Below, one piece after another: positions 36,539 through 47,226 of a DNA stretch of 64,000 bases. The notes beneath the pieces were generated by a model, which saw only the letters and a program-made list of their open reading frames with translations, had not been told where the DNA came from and did no database searches. The DNA is from an uncultured Candidatus Bathyarchaeia archaeon (GTDB lineage: Archaea; Thermoproteota; Bathyarchaeia; Bathyarchaeales; Bathycorpusculaceae). Where the stretch lies: assembly GCA_964598485.1 (NCBI GenBank), contig CAZRCD010000004.1, positions 47,516 to 111,515 on the forward strand, in the 5' to 3' direction. Position 1 is the first letter of the stretch; each line of letters opens with the position of its first letter. The position numbers and the translations under genes are program-made.

Positions 36539-38782
36539 TTGCAATCTAACTACTTTGGAAACGAAGTTGAAACAATAGAACGAAAAGTTAAGGGAAGAAC
36601 TGTTGGAATAAACTGGGATTGGGCGAACTTTAAAGACACCAAAGGTTTTCCAGTGGATGACAACCTTATAAACTGGGTCATCGGACAGGATCAAGCGTTA
36701 AACGAATGTTTCTTATGTCTGGACGAATTGGTGCACAAACTGAAGTATCTTGAAAAAACAAAATGGTATGAAAGCTGGAGCAGCCCAGAAAATCCGAAGC
36801 CCGTAGCTAAAACTATGATAAGTCCAGGACCATATTTAATGCTGTTGGGTGATCCTGGAACAGGAAAGTCATTAATTGGAAGGGCTTTAGCTGAAAAACT
36901 CACGCAAATATACGAGGAAAACGGCACAAAGCTGTTTGATCTTTTATGTTGGAAAAACCCTGTTTTGCCGAGCCAGCCTAAAATTTCAATTCATAAGGCT
37001 GGTGAAGGAAAAAAGATTCAGCGAAAAGAGCAGCTTAAGGAGCTTAAAAGCAAATTCATTACGAAAGTAGGCTTAAAAGCATTGCAAATGTTTCTGATAC
37101 TGACAGGACTGCTTCTCTTATCTTTGGGCTTTTACTTCATGCTTCAGGCTTGGCAGACGTGGAACGCAAATGCGATGTTTCTGGGAGAACCACTTCAGGA
37201 ATATTACAATGGCAACTTTTTGGATTACCTTGCTGGAAGGTTTGTTGGTTTAGTGCCGTTAACGTTCATTCCTGGTGGGAGCCTGATTTTCTTCGGTGTT
37301 TTTATATGGTGGTTCTCAAGATTAGGCGGTTTAGGAGGCCTTAAGGGCATTGGGGGAGCGCAGCAATCGGACGTTCCGAAACTGATTGTGGATAGCAGTT
37401 CTGGGCATGCACCTTTTGTTGATGCGACAGGGCATAGAAGTTCTCAGCTTTTCGGTTCAATAGCTTGGGATCCCTATCAGACTGGTGGTTTGGGAACACC
37501 TGAACATCAGAGGGTTACCGCTGGAGATGCGCATAGGGCGTCTCTTGGCATACTGTACATTGATGAGATAAAGAATCTCGATCCAGAAGAGGCTGTAACA
37601 CTTTTAACAGTGCTTGAGGACGGACAGCTTCCAATAACTGTGAGAGATCGGTTTCATGGTGGAGGCACAGCTGCTATGGCAGTGTCAACGGAGCCTGTGC
37701 CTGCTATAACGTTTCTGGTTGGGGCTGGGAACTTCGACAGCATAAGCAAGATTCATCCAGCCTTGATGGATCGTATTTATGGTTATGGCAAAGTTGTGAG
37801 AATGAATAATGACATGCCTAACACGTTGGAGAATAGGCGTAAATACGTGCAGTACATAGTGCAGGAAGTTAAACGTTTTAACCTTGCGCCATTCAGTAGG
37901 GAAGCGTGCAAGGAGATTGTGGAAGAGGGTAGGCGAAGAAGTAACAAGAAAGATGCTTTGACGACGAAGTTTAGACCTTTGATTTCGATTATTAAGACTG
38001 CTGCAACGCTGGCGATGAATGAGGATTGCAAAGTTGTTGAAAGAAGGCATGTTCGGGATGCTATAGAAAATCACTGTAAGACAATTCAGAGGCAGATATT
38101 GGAGCATGAAATTAACGAGAGAGGCAAGCTTTTGGAAATTAAGCCTGAAGGAGTTAAACCTGGCCAGATACACGGTTTGGCTGTTGTTAGAGATCCGTAC
38201 AGCGGAGAAATGACTGGCAGTGTCTTGTGCGTTAAGGCTAACATGGCTAAGATAAGTGAGCTTCCAAGAAATTATTCATTTAAGGGTTATTATAATGTGA
38301 CTGGGGTGGCTAAGGGTCAGAGTTTCATTGCGGATAGTATAGTGAAAGTTAGAAGTGTGATTCTGCAGAAATATGGGGTTGATATAGCGCAGGACTTTTT
38401 GACGCATATTGATTTCGCTCAGTCTTATGGTGTGGATGGTCCTTCGGCTGGTGTGACGATGGCTGTGTTGCTTTGTTCGCTTATTGAGGGGAAGATGATA
38501 AGGCAGGATGTGGCTGTTACTGGAGAGATAAATCTTGGTGTTGGAGATTCTATTCAAATAACCGCTGTTGGTGGGGTTTACGAGAAGATTAAGGCTGCTG
38601 AGGCTTGGGGTTTCAAGAGGGTGGTTGTTCCTAAAAAGAATTATGAACATTCGATTGATGTTAAGGATTATAAAATTAAGGTTGTGCCAGCAGCCACATT
38701 AGATGACTACTTAAGAGAATGCTTGGTTGAAAAGCCAACGCTCAAAATTCCAATTCAAACTTACAAGCGCAAGAAACACTAA
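36539..38782 (+). CDS. lon: Archaeal membrane-bound Lon protease (LonB)
   Basis: AAA+ Walker A (GDPGTGKS), a membrane hairpin inserted into the AAA module, and a C-terminal S16 protease domain with the catalytic Ser in DGPSAGVTMAVLL. It has a TTG start. Confidence 0.9.
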   Translation: MQSNYFGNEVETIERKVKGRTVGINWDWANFKDTKGFPVDDNLINWVIGQDQALNECFLCLDELVHKLKYLEKTKWYESWSSPENPKPVAKTMISPGPYLMLLGDPGTGKSLIGRALAEKLTQIYEENGTKLFDLLCWKNPVLPSQPKISIHKAGEGKKIQRKEQLKELKSKFITKVGLKALQMFLILTGLLLLSLGFYFMLQAWQTWNANAMFLGEPLQEYYNGNFLDYLAGRFVGLVPLTFIPGGSLIFFGVFIWWFSRLGGLGGLKGIGGAQQSDVPKLIVDSSSGHAPFVDATGHRSSQLFGSIAWDPYQTGGLGTPEHQRVTAGDAHRASLGILYIDEIKNLDPEEAVTLLTVLEDGQLPITVRDRFHGGGTAAMAVSTEPVPAITFLVGAGNFDSISKIHPALMDRIYGYGKVVRMNNDMPNTLENRRKYVQYIVQEVKRFNLAPFSREACKEIVEEGRRRSNKKDALTTKFRPLISIIKTAATLAMNEDCKVVERRHVRDAIENHCKTIQRQILEHEINERGKLLEIKPEGVKPGQIHGLAVVRDPYSGEMTGSVLCVKANMAKISELPRNYSFKGYYNVTGVAKGQSFIADSIVKVRSVILQKYGVDIAQDFLTHIDFAQSYGVDGPSAGVTMAVLLCSLIEGKMIRQDVAVTGEINLGVGDSIQITAVGGVYEKIKAAEAWGFKRVVVPKKNYEHSIDVKDYKIKVVPAATLDDYLRECLVEKPTLKIPIQTYKRKKH

Positions 38783-38784
38783 GA

Positions 38785-38807
38785 GGCGATATCTCCCGCA
38801 AATCCCC
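38785..38807 (-). repeat. GC-rich intergenic motif, copy D (GGGGATTTGCGGGAGATATCGCC on the minus strand)
   Basis: Same family as copies A-C. It lies 3 nt beyond the lon stop codon in antisense orientation and is preceded by a purine run. Confidence 0.6.
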
Positions 38808-39198
38808 TCCTTTTCTGAAAGCAGAGTTACCGAGTTCCAATCCCAGATCTATTTTGTTCCAAATATCGGTGAATGTTAAAAAAATATAGGGGTAATCATT
38901 TTATGTGTTGGAAAGAAGTTTAAATTGCTTACGATTGCGTGATTTTCTAATATGGTTGGTGGCCTATGCTTGAGGACTTTTTCCTTTTATCATTTGTCGC
39001 ATTTCCACCAAACTGGTGTTCTTGTTGAATCTTTCAACGTGCAGAAAGAGCAATGCTTCACTTTCTTCATTGGGCTGCAGGCTCTAAAAAGATCGACGAG
39101 ATCAAAGGCATTTATATCTCCAGAAAATTCAAGAGATTTGGGTCTTACAGGGTCTAGTTATATTTTTATAAGTATAGGTAACTGTAAGATTTCTAGGC

Positions 39199-39705
39199 TT
39201 GAAGGAAAACCTAGTTAAAAATTGGATTCTAGAATTCTTCAGCGTGGAGAGTTCATTAATGGTTAGGGAAGTTGATAAGGCTGAAATTCGCAGATGGCGC
39301 AGAAGAGGCTTCTACAGCGAAACAGTCCTCGTAAAACTTCTACAAAAAAACGGATACAACGCCGTTCGAATCCCAGTCAGCAACCCAAGCCTCAGCCCCC
39401 TACCAGACGTCATAGCCAGAAAAAACCTACACGTCTACGCTTTTGAGGTTAAAAACGCCAAGTACTACGCTTATTTCCCAAGAAAACAAATTGAAAAACT
39501 CTTCAGATTCCTAGACGAACTAATCCCAAGACCAAACCAATACAAACACGCAGTGCTTGCAGCACACTTGGGCAAAAAATGGATTTTCAGACAAATACAA
39601 TGGAAAGACTGGGAAGAAGACAAACTGCCAGAAAAAGAAAGAATCATAAAGCGAGACAGAGGAAACTTCAAAATAGAAAACGGAGGCAAAAATGAACATG
39701 AATAA
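39199..39705 (+). CDS. hjc: Holliday-junction resolvase Hjc-like PD-(D/E)xK nuclease with a C-terminal extension
   Basis: The E…PD…EVK catalytic pattern (YSETVLV…LPDVIARKN…YAFEVKNAK) parallels Hjc. The likely true start is the internal MVREVD. The roughly 45 aa Lys/Glu-rich tail is atypical. Confidence 0.6.
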   Translation: MKENLVKNWILEFFSVESSLMVREVDKAEIRRWRRRGFYSETVLVKLLQKNGYNAVRIPVSNPSLSPLPDVIARKNLHVYAFEVKNAKYYAYFPRKQIEKLFRFLDELIPRPNQYKHAVLAAHLGKKWIFRQIQWKDWEEDKLPEKERIIKRDRGNFKIENGGKNEHE

Positions 39706-40381
39706 AACTGTAGTCTCAGCATCTTCTTTGTGCAAGACTTACCAAATCGGCAACGTCAACATTGAAGCCTTAAAAGACATAAACCTTAAAGTTGAAAAAG
39801 GCAAATTCATAGCCATCAGCGGTCCCTCAGGTGCCGGAAAAACAACACTACTAAACATCATCGGCGGCATCGACAAGCCCACAACCGGAAAAATCATTGT
39901 TTTTAAACACGATCTAACCATTGAAAACGAAGATTCCTTAGCAGATTTCCGATGCAACAACGTAGGCTTCGTCTTCCAATCCTACAATCTCATATCCACA
40001 TTGACTGTTGCTGAAAACATCGCTTTTCCAATGGAGTGGGCTCGCAAACCAGACGATCACATAAAAAACCATGTCGGAGAACTGTTGGAAATTGTAAACT
40101 TAGAGCACAGAACTGAACATTTCCCGTTTCAATTAAGCGGCGGTGAACAACAGCGTGTTGCCTTTGCCCGTGCGCTCGCAAATGACCCACCATTACTTCT
40201 CGTCGATGAACCTACTGGAAATTTGGATACAAAAACAGGCTTAAAAATCGTGGAATTACTTCAGAAATTAAAAGACAAAGGCAAAACGATTATTGTTGCA
40301 ACCCATGACGAGCGAATAATCCAAATTGCAGACAATAAATTGCTTTTGGAAGGTGGAAAGCTGGTAAGTTTAGATGAGTGA
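39692..40381 (+). CDS. ABC transporter ATP-binding protein (MacB/LolD-like)
   Basis: Walker [10 protein letters not shown], signature [15 protein letters not shown], Walker B LLLVDEPT and an H-loop ATHD. Confidence 0.9.
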   Translation: MNMNKTVVSASSLCKTYQIGNVNIEALKDINLKVEKGKFIAISGPSGAGKTTLLNIIGGIDKPTTGKIIVFKHDLTIENEDSLADFRCNNVGFVFQSYNLISTLTVAENIAFPMEWARKPDDHIKNHVGELLEIVNLEHRTEHFPFQLSGGEQQRVAFARALANDPPLLLVDEPTGNLDTKTGLKIVELLQKLKDKGKTIIVATHDERIIQIADNKLLLEGGKLVSLDE

Positions 40382-42236
40382 AACATCTTTTCCGATAAAC
40401 GATCTGCTACGAAGAAAACTTCAAACAGGCCTAACTATCGCCAGCTTAACTTTGTGCGTTGCATTAACGGTTTATCTTCTTCTTTTCGGAGAAAACATAG
40501 GCTTTGAAATTTCACAAGTAGCAGAAGGTAAGCTGACAGCAGGTTTATCAGTGGTCTTTTCCCAGTTCATACTTTTCATTGCACTATTAATCGTAGTCAC
40601 TGGAGCAGTAATTGTTTCTTTCATGATTTTTGTGATGATGTCCCAGCGAACCAAAGATATCGGGCTAATGAGAGCCTCTGGATGCCCAAACGATTTGATT
40701 TTCGGCTATTTCATGACAGAACTTCTCATAATCACATCTGTTAGCTGCTTTCTCGGCGTGATCTTTGGAATACTAGCAGACTACGCTTCAATCGGCTTGT
40801 TCAACTTCCTTGGTTTTCAAATCTTGCAGAAACCAATCAATTTTTGGCTAGTTCTCTTTGTTTTCGTGCTTTTCTTTGTGCTCACTATAATCTTTGGAGT
40901 AAAACCGATTCTGGACGTAACTAAGGTTGAACCAGCTAAGGCGATTTCGCCAACCTACCATTTTGGATTGAGCAAAGAACCAGGATTTAAGGTTATTTCA
41001 AAGTCAAGTTTCACTTTTAAAATTGCTCTAAGAAGTTTGTTTCGCAGAAAATCAGCAACCATAAGAATTGTTTTGTGCTTGGCAACAGTCTTCACGTTAA
41101 TTACCGTAGCCGTTGCAGGAGGGATAATTGCTGATCAAACCACTAAAAGCTGGGTTGAGAAAGCCGTAGGCAGAGACATAATTTTGATAGCCCATCAAGA
41201 CATGTGCAACCAATACAAAAGTCTACTGTCAAGATTTCACGAAGCAGGTGAGAGTTCACAATTCAACTACACAGAGGAGGAGTACTTAGTATCAGAAAAC
41301 CTTCTAAACCAGCTGAACGCAATGTCGGACATACACATTGATGCACGTTTAGTCATAGAAGCTCATGTGAAGGAAGTTCCAGGTGTAATCATTGATCCTG
41401 AGACTGCGACTACGAGTTCTGTTGGCGATAAGCGTGAGGGCGAATCCCTGATTGTCGGCGTTGAACCTGAAAACGTGTTAGGCGAATGGTTTATTGAAGG
41501 TGAATTTCTGGAAAAGAATAAGGAGTGGGAAGTGATGATAGGAGATTCCTTAGCTCAGAAAATGTTTTCGAAGCCCTTAAATCAAAGCATATTATTCTAC
41601 GGAAGAATTTTTGACGTGGCTGGCGTTTGTCTAGACCCTATTAACAACGGAAATGTTACTTATACGTCTCTTGAAGTCTTGCAAAATGCAATAGATGTAT
41701 CAAAACCCAACATCGTTATGGTTAGAGTTGACTCAACTAATCGTACAGAAATGTTAGACCAAATAGAAAAAACTATCGAGGATGTAAATCCAGATTTTAC
41801 GGTTTTTGAGCTTAATGAAGTATTGGAAGAAAATCTCAGTTTTCTTGGGCACATCTGGTCTATCATAATGTTTTTGCCTTTATTCTCTCTAATAGCAGCA
41901 TCTCTGTGCTTGATAGGCTATGTTGTACTTGCCATAGCTGAGCAACGCCGAGAACTAGGCGTCTTAAGGGCGTTGGGGATAAAGCCTAAAACGGTCACAA
42001 AAATCGTTTCGGAACAGAGTTTCATAATTTTGCTTTCAAGTTTCGGCGCAGGAGTTCCAATAGGGATAATCCTCACTTTGCTAATTTTAGTTCCCGAACC
42101 AATAATCACAAGTTACACAGTTCTTGAGATAGCTGGATGGCTACTGATCTCCTTGCTTGTGATGTTTGTTTCAAGCCTGTATCCAACCCTAAAATTTGCG
42201 AGAAAGTCAATTCTAGAAATCATGAATCAGCCTTGA
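40374..42236 (+). CDS. ABC transporter permease, FtsX/MacB-like, with a large extracytoplasmic domain
   Basis: A 620 aa protein with two 4-TM FtsX-like modules flanking a hydrophilic domain of about 250 aa. It overlaps the ATPase gene by 8 nt. Confidence 0.8.
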   Translation: MSETSFPINDLLRRKLQTGLTIASLTLCVALTVYLLLFGENIGFEISQVAEGKLTAGLSVVFSQFILFIALLIVVTGAVIVSFMIFVMMSQRTKDIGLMRASGCPNDLIFGYFMTELLIITSVSCFLGVIFGILADYASIGLFNFLGFQILQKPINFWLVLFVFVLFFVLTIIFGVKPILDVTKVEPAKAISPTYHFGLSKEPGFKVISKSSFTFKIALRSLFRRKSATIRIVLCLATVFTLITVAVAGGIIADQTTKSWVEKAVGRDIILIAHQDMCNQYKSLLSRFHEAGESSQFNYTEEEYLVSENLLNQLNAMSDIHIDARLVIEAHVKEVPGVIIDPETATTSSVGDKREGESLIVGVEPENVLGEWFIEGEFLEKNKEWEVMIGDSLAQKMFSKPLNQSILFYGRIFDVAGVCLDPINNGNVTYTSLEVLQNAIDVSKPNIVMVRVDSTNRTEMLDQIEKTIEDVNPDFTVFELNEVLEENLSFLGHIWSIIMFLPLFSLIAASLCLIGYVVLAIAEQRRELGVLRALGIKPKTVTKIVSEQSFIILLSSFGAGVPIGIILTLLILVPEPIITSYTVLEIAGWLLISLLVMFVSSLYPTLKFARKSILEIMNQP

Positions 42237-42304
42237 AGGGCTGAAGCGAAACGAATTTAAGGTTTTAGTGTATCTTGTAAAGGTACTTCCACAGGTGAAA
42301 ACAC

Positions 42305-42574
42305 ATGGCTCAAACGATTCAAGGAATAATAGTGAATTATCGAGTAGGTCCAGGAACTCAGAGGTCAAAAGAGTGTATAATCAGGTTTGCACACGTAACT
42401 TTAAGTTCTGAAGCAGGCAGGCTTATTGGGCGAAAGGTTGCTTGGAAGGTTGGAAAGAAGAAGATCGTTGGGAAAATTGTGGCTTTGCACGGTGATAAAG
42501 GCTTGGTCCGAGCAAGATTTAGAAAGGGTGTGCCAGGTCAGGCTTTAGGTACAACCGTTGAGTTAGTTGGCTAA
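42305..42574 (+). CDS. rpl35ae: 50S ribosomal protein L35Ae
   Basis: Matches the L35Ae family pattern (GIIVNYRVGPGTQRSKECIIRF…GRKVAWKVGKKKIVGKIVALHG). Confidence 0.8.
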   Translation: MAQTIQGIIVNYRVGPGTQRSKECIIRFAHVTLSSEAGRLIGRKVAWKVGKKKIVGKIVALHGDKGLVRARFRKGVPGQALGTTVELVG

Positions 42575-43254
42575 GCGTTTTGAAAAATGTTTAAGCGAGT
42601 CTGCGTAGCTGGTAGTTGGTTTAGAAAATCTTGTAGCTGAAGCACGGGAACGATGGGAACTTTATTGTAGAATTTTGATCTGACAGTGGTAAGGGATAAG
42701 ATGGCTGGGATAAGTTTGAATCTATTCCATGAGGCACAGTCGATTTTTTCGGTTAGTTTTGGCATTGATTCAGCTAGGGCAGATGTTCTTTCAACTTGTT
42801 CCTCAACGATTCTTTTTATTGCGGATGGGTACATTCCATGATGCCAATGCTTACAATCAGCACATGCCACTATTGGTTTTCTACATGCCATTATGTCCAT
42901 TTCCCATCTTCTTCCAGCATGCTTAAACCTTAAATTTCTCGCGACGCTGTAGCCGTTCCGCTCAAAAGCAATAGCAGCAATGTTCTCAAACTCTTTCCAA
43001 TCAAGAACACCACTTACACGCTCAACATCACCACCCAACTCGATGGCATGAACAGCTAATTTCAGACGTTTTAAACTGTTCACCTCTATAAGTTTATTCT
43101 GCAAATAAAGTAGCCCATCATTTTGCAACTTTTTGATCAAATCTTCAGCAATCGCGGACGGAATTTTTGCGTCTTCCCTTACTAATTCAATTCCGATAGG
43201 CCCGTTCTTGGTGAGTTTTAAAATAGAAATAATCAACTCTCTTTCAATATCCAT
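42571..43254 (-). CDS. wHTH plus restriction-endonuclease-like (PD-(D/E)xK, Mrr-cat-like) protein
   Basis: An N-terminal winged-helix region and a C-terminal region with an E…D…CKHW motif arrangement. The assignment is tentative. Confidence 0.35.
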   Translation of the reverse strand: MDIERELIISILKLTKNGPIGIELVREDAKIPSAIAEDLIKKLQNDGLLYLQNKLIEVNSLKRLKLAVHAIELGGDVERVSGVLDWKEFENIAAIAFERNGYSVARNLRFKHAGRRWEMDIMACRKPIVACADCKHWHHGMYPSAIKRIVEEQVERTSALAESMPKLTEKIDCASWNRFKLIPAILSLTTVRSKFYNKVPIVPVLQLQDFLNQLPATQTRLNIFQNA

Positions 43255-43809
43255 TTAATCCTCTCCGAAGATTCTACACAATAATGCCTAAAAAAATCCG
43301 TTTTTGCTTATTGCTTAAAAGCTTTTCCATAAGATATTTTCCGCTCAGATTCCGAATAAGCAATAAATCTTTTTTTAAGATACGTTCAAAATTGTACACG
43401 CGGGTTTTCACCTTCCAGCTTTGGTTTCTTCCCTACCTCCAAGCTCTAGGGGGAAAGAAAAGCCCGTACTTTTTTTGTTGTTTTTGCATCTGCCTATAGT
43501 CAACCTTTTACTGTGAAAAACTCCGGAATAATTTAGTGGGAGACGCATACACCGTTTTCTTTTTGAAAGTTAAATATGGTAAAAAAATGTTTTGAGTTGA
43601 CACCCATTTACAATTTGGTGAACACTCAAACTGCTAAGAAAATCGCGAAAAGAAGACATAGCGAAACGAAGGTTTTTTTGTCTGTCTTAAAAAGAGAACT
43701 TTCTGTAACAGATTTAGCCATTAGCTGAAGTTTATGCTGAAACCAACGAAAAAAGTCAAAAAGAAGCTTAAGTAATTTAAATGTTAAACAAACACTAGAT
43801 AAACGTAAA

Positions 43810-45123
43810 ATGGAAGTGTTATCCAGCATGTTTGATTCATATATTTCCAAAACTCGAAAATCCAAGGAACTATATGAAAGAGCAAAAAGTGTTCTTCCAG
43901 CCGGGGTTTCTTATGCAATAAGGCATTTTGAGCCCTATCCATTCTACACTGCTAGAGCGAAGGGAAGCAAGCTTTTCGATGTTGATGGAAACGAGTACGT
44001 TGACTTTTGGCTGGGGCACACAGCCCTTATTCTCGGTCACAGCCCACCAGCAGTTGTAGAAGCAGTTAAGAAACAACTTGAAAACGGCACCCATTACGGA
44101 ACATCCCACGAACTAGAAATCAAGTTAACCGAGCAAATTGTCAAAATTGTAGCAAGCGCGGAAATGGTACGTTTCACCAATTCAGGAACAGAAGCAAACA
44201 TGTATGCCACACGCTTAGCCCGTGCATACACCGACAGAAGCAAAATCGCTAAATTCGAAGGCGGATGGCACGGAGGATACGATGCACTTCATACAAGCGT
44301 CAAATACCCGTTCGATATTCCAGAATCCGCCGGCTTAACAACTGGAGCCCTGCAAGACACTATAGTTTTACCTTTCAACGATCTTGAAGGAGTTAAAGAA
44401 AGGTTGAAAAACAAAGAAGTTGCCTCCGTTGTAATTGAACCCGTCCTCGGAGCTGGCGGAGGCATCCCAGCGGAAAAAGAATTTCTAAAAGGGCTAAGGG
44501 AACTTTGCGATGACAAAGGTATTCTGTTAATTTTCGATGAGGTAATCACTGGTTTCAGGTTAGCTCCTGGAGGAGGACAACAATATTATGGCGCAACACC
44601 GGACATAACAGTTTTCGGAAAAATATTGGGAGGAGGCTTTCCAATAGGCGCCTTTTGTGGACGCAGAGAAATCATGGAAAGAATAGATACGCTTGCTTAT
44701 GAACGTCCACACTACTCTTTTCACGGTGGAACCTTCGCAGCAAATCCCATATCAATGACAGCTGGTTTGGCAACACTGAAAATTCTCGCAGACGGGCAAC
44801 TAATAAACGAGCTGAATAATGTTGGAGGAAAGATCAGAGAAAAGCTAAGAGAAATCTTCGAAGCAGATGGCGTGGACGTGCAAGTTACGGGAGCAGGCTC
44901 CCTCTTCAACACACACTTCACAAAAGAAGAAGTGAAAGATGCCCGTGCAGCCTCTAAAGCCGATAGGAAGAAACAGGTTGATTATCATCTAAACTTGATT
45001 GCAAATGGAGTCTTCGTCCTACCAACACACACTGGAGCCCTAAGCACTGCACACTCTGAAACCGACATAAAAAAGTTGCTTTTGGAAACAGAGAAATATG
45101 CGAGACAATGTGAAAGAATGTAG
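43810..45123 (+). CDS. hemL: Glutamate-1-semialdehyde 2,1-aminomutase-like class III aminotransferase
   Basis: The PLP fold-type I class III pattern and a HemL-like N-terminus (SKELYERAKSVLPAGVSYAIRHF…). It is 437 aa. Confidence 0.75.
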   Translation: MEVLSSMFDSYISKTRKSKELYERAKSVLPAGVSYAIRHFEPYPFYTARAKGSKLFDVDGNEYVDFWLGHTALILGHSPPAVVEAVKKQLENGTHYGTSHELEIKLTEQIVKIVASAEMVRFTNSGTEANMYATRLARAYTDRSKIAKFEGGWHGGYDALHTSVKYPFDIPESAGLTTGALQDTIVLPFNDLEGVKERLKNKEVASVVIEPVLGAGGGIPAEKEFLKGLRELCDDKGILLIFDEVITGFRLAPGGGQQYYGATPDITVFGKILGGGFPIGAFCGRREIMERIDTLAYERPHYSFHGGTFAANPISMTAGLATLKILADGQLINELNNVGGKIREKLREIFEADGVDVQVTGAGSLFNTHFTKEEVKDARAASKADRKKQVDYHLNLIANGVFVLPTHTGALSTAHSETDIKKLLLETEKYARQCERM

Positions 45124-45150
45124 AAAGAACTCACCATACTACCCCAAATT

Positions 45151-45774
45151 TCATTTTTTCAGTTGCCTAAGCATGAATTCAGCCCTTCTCAAATCCAAAG
45201 GAGTATTAACATTAAAAAATGTTCTAAGCTTTGGGTCTAATTGCCGTAGCACAAGCGTGGAAATGTAACGTACACCTCGCAACTCATCCACCATGGAATG
45301 CATATCCGATTTTCCAACATTTAAAGCTTTTTTTGCAGCTTCTACTGCTGGTTTTGTGCAATAGACCGCTTGCAACGGTTCTATGTAACCGTTCGGCCAA
45401 CGCGGAATAACCGCATTTTTGCCTATGCATAATTCATGCAAAAGCAAGAGAATGTCCCTTGAAACCAGAGGGGTGTCGCATGGAAGGAGAAGTGAATGCT
45501 TTCCGTTTGCGTTTCCAAAACCAGTTAATGCGCCTATGAGTGGACTTTGCATGTCATTTGCGTCAATAACAATACGTACGTTTGAACCAGTTACTTTCGC
45601 AAAATTTTCAGCTTGAACTTTTGAACTAACAACAATGATTGTTTCGTCAATGATACCCTGAAGCACGTTTAGAACATGTTTTATGAGAGGCTTACCTGCC
45701 AAAAGCATCAATCCTTTGTTCTGTCCAAATCTATTGGAGAAGCCTCCTGCAAGAATTACTGCTGATTTATCCAA
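45151..45774 (-). CDS. mobA: Molybdenum cofactor guanylyltransferase (MobA-like)
   Basis: The nucleotide-binding motif AVILAGGFSNRFGQNKGL in a 207 aa protein. Confidence 0.7.
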   Translation of the reverse strand: MDKSAVILAGGFSNRFGQNKGLMLLAGKPLIKHVLNVLQGIIDETIIVVSSKVQAENFAKVTGSNVRIVIDANDMQSPLIGALTGFGNANGKHSLLLPCDTPLVSRDILLLLHELCIGKNAVIPRWPNGYIEPLQAVYCTKPAVEAAKKALNVGKSDMHSMVDELRGVRYISTLVLRQLDPKLRTFFNVNTPLDLRRAEFMLRQLKK

Positions 45775-46030
45775 TAATTGATTGTCCCCACTGCTGTTGT
45801 GAATTTACGTGTTGAGTGTTTTTGTTGCTCTATAAATTTTTAGTTTAAGCAATATTGCGAAAGCGGAATAAGAGTATATTATCACAAACACTCAAATCAT
45901 CATGTGAAAGAGATGAACGCTGAAATTAAAGAATTAAATCGCATGATATGTAAAAACTGTGATGCGAAGGACTATACTGAATGTAAGAAATGCAAAATCT
46001 ATCAGTTAATAAACCAAATAGCGCAGTAAC

Positions 46031-46822
46031 TCACACCGAATTGTTTCTTTCTATCTTGTCCGCCATTTCATCCACAATTTTGCTGAAGAGATGTTCCGGC
46101 TTTTCTTGAACGAAGATGATGGCTCCTTCAGCCTTTGCAACATCACAGAAACAAGGTATCATGCCTAAAACTGGAGTTTGATACATGTCTTCAATCTTTT
46201 TTCCCAAACTGTTTTTTCCAGATTTTGAAGAAATGTCGTATAAAACTCTGTTCATGACTATCTCGGTTTTTTTCTCGAACAAGTCATAAAGCTCATCCAG
46301 CATACGTTTTGTTCCTTCAACATCAGACCTGTCGAAGGTCGTCGCCACAATCACTAGGTCCGCGCTTACTATAGCGTTTATAGATGAGTATTGTAGTCCC
46401 GGGCTTGTGTCAAAAATGAGGTAGTCAAAAGCTTTGTCATTTAGGAGTGAATTTCTAAGGGCCAAAAGTCTTCCTAAAGCCCTCATCTCCCACTTTCTGT
46501 CCTTTGCAGACATTTCTCTAATGGCTTCTGTTGACGGATTAGCCAACACGACAGACAGTTTACCTCCACCATTGATTCTGTTGCTTATGTCTATCAAAGC
46601 CTTGTCAATTTTGCACGTTCCATTTAAATAATCGTTCAACCAGCATTCCACTTCTTTAGAACTGAAAAACGTGGCAAGGCTTGGAGCTCGGAAGTCAAGA
46701 TCCATCAAGCATACTTTTTTGCCGTGTTTTGCGAAGGATGTAGCTAAATTTATAGAAATATGAGTTTTTCCGGTTCCACCCTTGTATGAGTGCACAGCTA
46801 TTATCTTGTCCAAGATAATCAC
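46031..46822 (-). CDS. ParA/MinD-family P-loop ATPase
   Basis: The deviant Walker A motif KGGTGKT and Walker B DLDF… in a 263 aa protein. Confidence 0.75.
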   Translation of the reverse strand: MIILDKIIAVHSYKGGTGKTHISINLATSFAKHGKKVCLMDLDFRAPSLATFFSSKEVECWLNDYLNGTCKIDKALIDISNRINGGGKLSVVLANPSTEAIREMSAKDRKWEMRALGRLLALRNSLLNDKAFDYLIFDTSPGLQYSSINAIVSADLVIVATTFDRSDVEGTKRMLDELYDLFEKKTEIVMNRVLYDISSKSGKNSLGKKIEDMYQTPVLGMIPCFCDVAKAEGAIIFVQEKPEHLFSKIVDEMADKIERNNSV

Positions 46823-47226
46823 TCTTGATCTTCTTTTTCCACATAGAAGTAAGCTTTTCTGCCTACTCTCTCTTTTTTTAAGTGACTCATAATCACAAGT
46901 TGGTTCAAATAGCCACTTTCCACAGCTCTTGCTCTACGTGTTTGCTGAGCTACCTCATCCGCTGTGGCTCTTCCAAGTCTGCATACGGTCATTGCTGTTT
47001 TTCTGAGGTGGTCAGGCATAGAAAGCAAGGTCATAACGTCTAGCGGAGCGTCGGGAAGAGGTTGGACACCCTTTCTGCCGCGTTTTTGCAGCTCTATTAT
47101 AATTTCCATTTTTTCATTTAGTTTCTCAAGGTTTTCCTTGATTTTTTCCAATATTTTTAGAGGTTTTCTCCCCAGAACTTCTTGTTTTGTCACGCTGGCT
47201 CCCCGTAGTGTTTTACATATGTACAA
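46819..47226 (-). CDS. Winged-helix DNA-binding protein partner of the ParA-like ATPase
   Basis: A 4-nt overlap with the downstream ParA gene. It has a C-terminal wHTH (TADEVAQQTRRARAVESGYLNQLVIMSHLKKERVGRKAYFYV). Confidence 0.5.
   Translation of the reverse strand: MYICKTLRGASVTKQEVLGRKPLKILEKIKENLEKLNEKMEIIIELQKRGRKGVQPLPDAPLDVMTLLSMPDHLRKTAMTVCRLGRATADEVAQQTRRARAVESGYLNQLVIMSHLKKERVGRKAYFYVEKEDQE

Noticed and set aside
36538-36541. An apparent off-by-one at the lon start codon, and TTG/GTG starts elsewhere (for example 22071 and 59176)
   Set aside because: This is not a feature. The ORF track evidently accepts TTG/GTG starts and reports them as M, so start positions of several genes are provisional.
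17700-38810. Whether the recurring GC-rich motif could be a CRISPR array
   Set aside because: The copies are not regularly spaced. There are only two adjacent copies 86 bp apart, and the others are kilobases away. The copies differ in sequence, and no cas genes are present.
38952-39218. An 88-aa plus-strand ORF in the lon–hjc intergenic region
   Set aside because: Its translation has no domain logic, and it overlaps the start of the Hjc-like gene. The region is more likely noncoding DNA carrying motif copy D.
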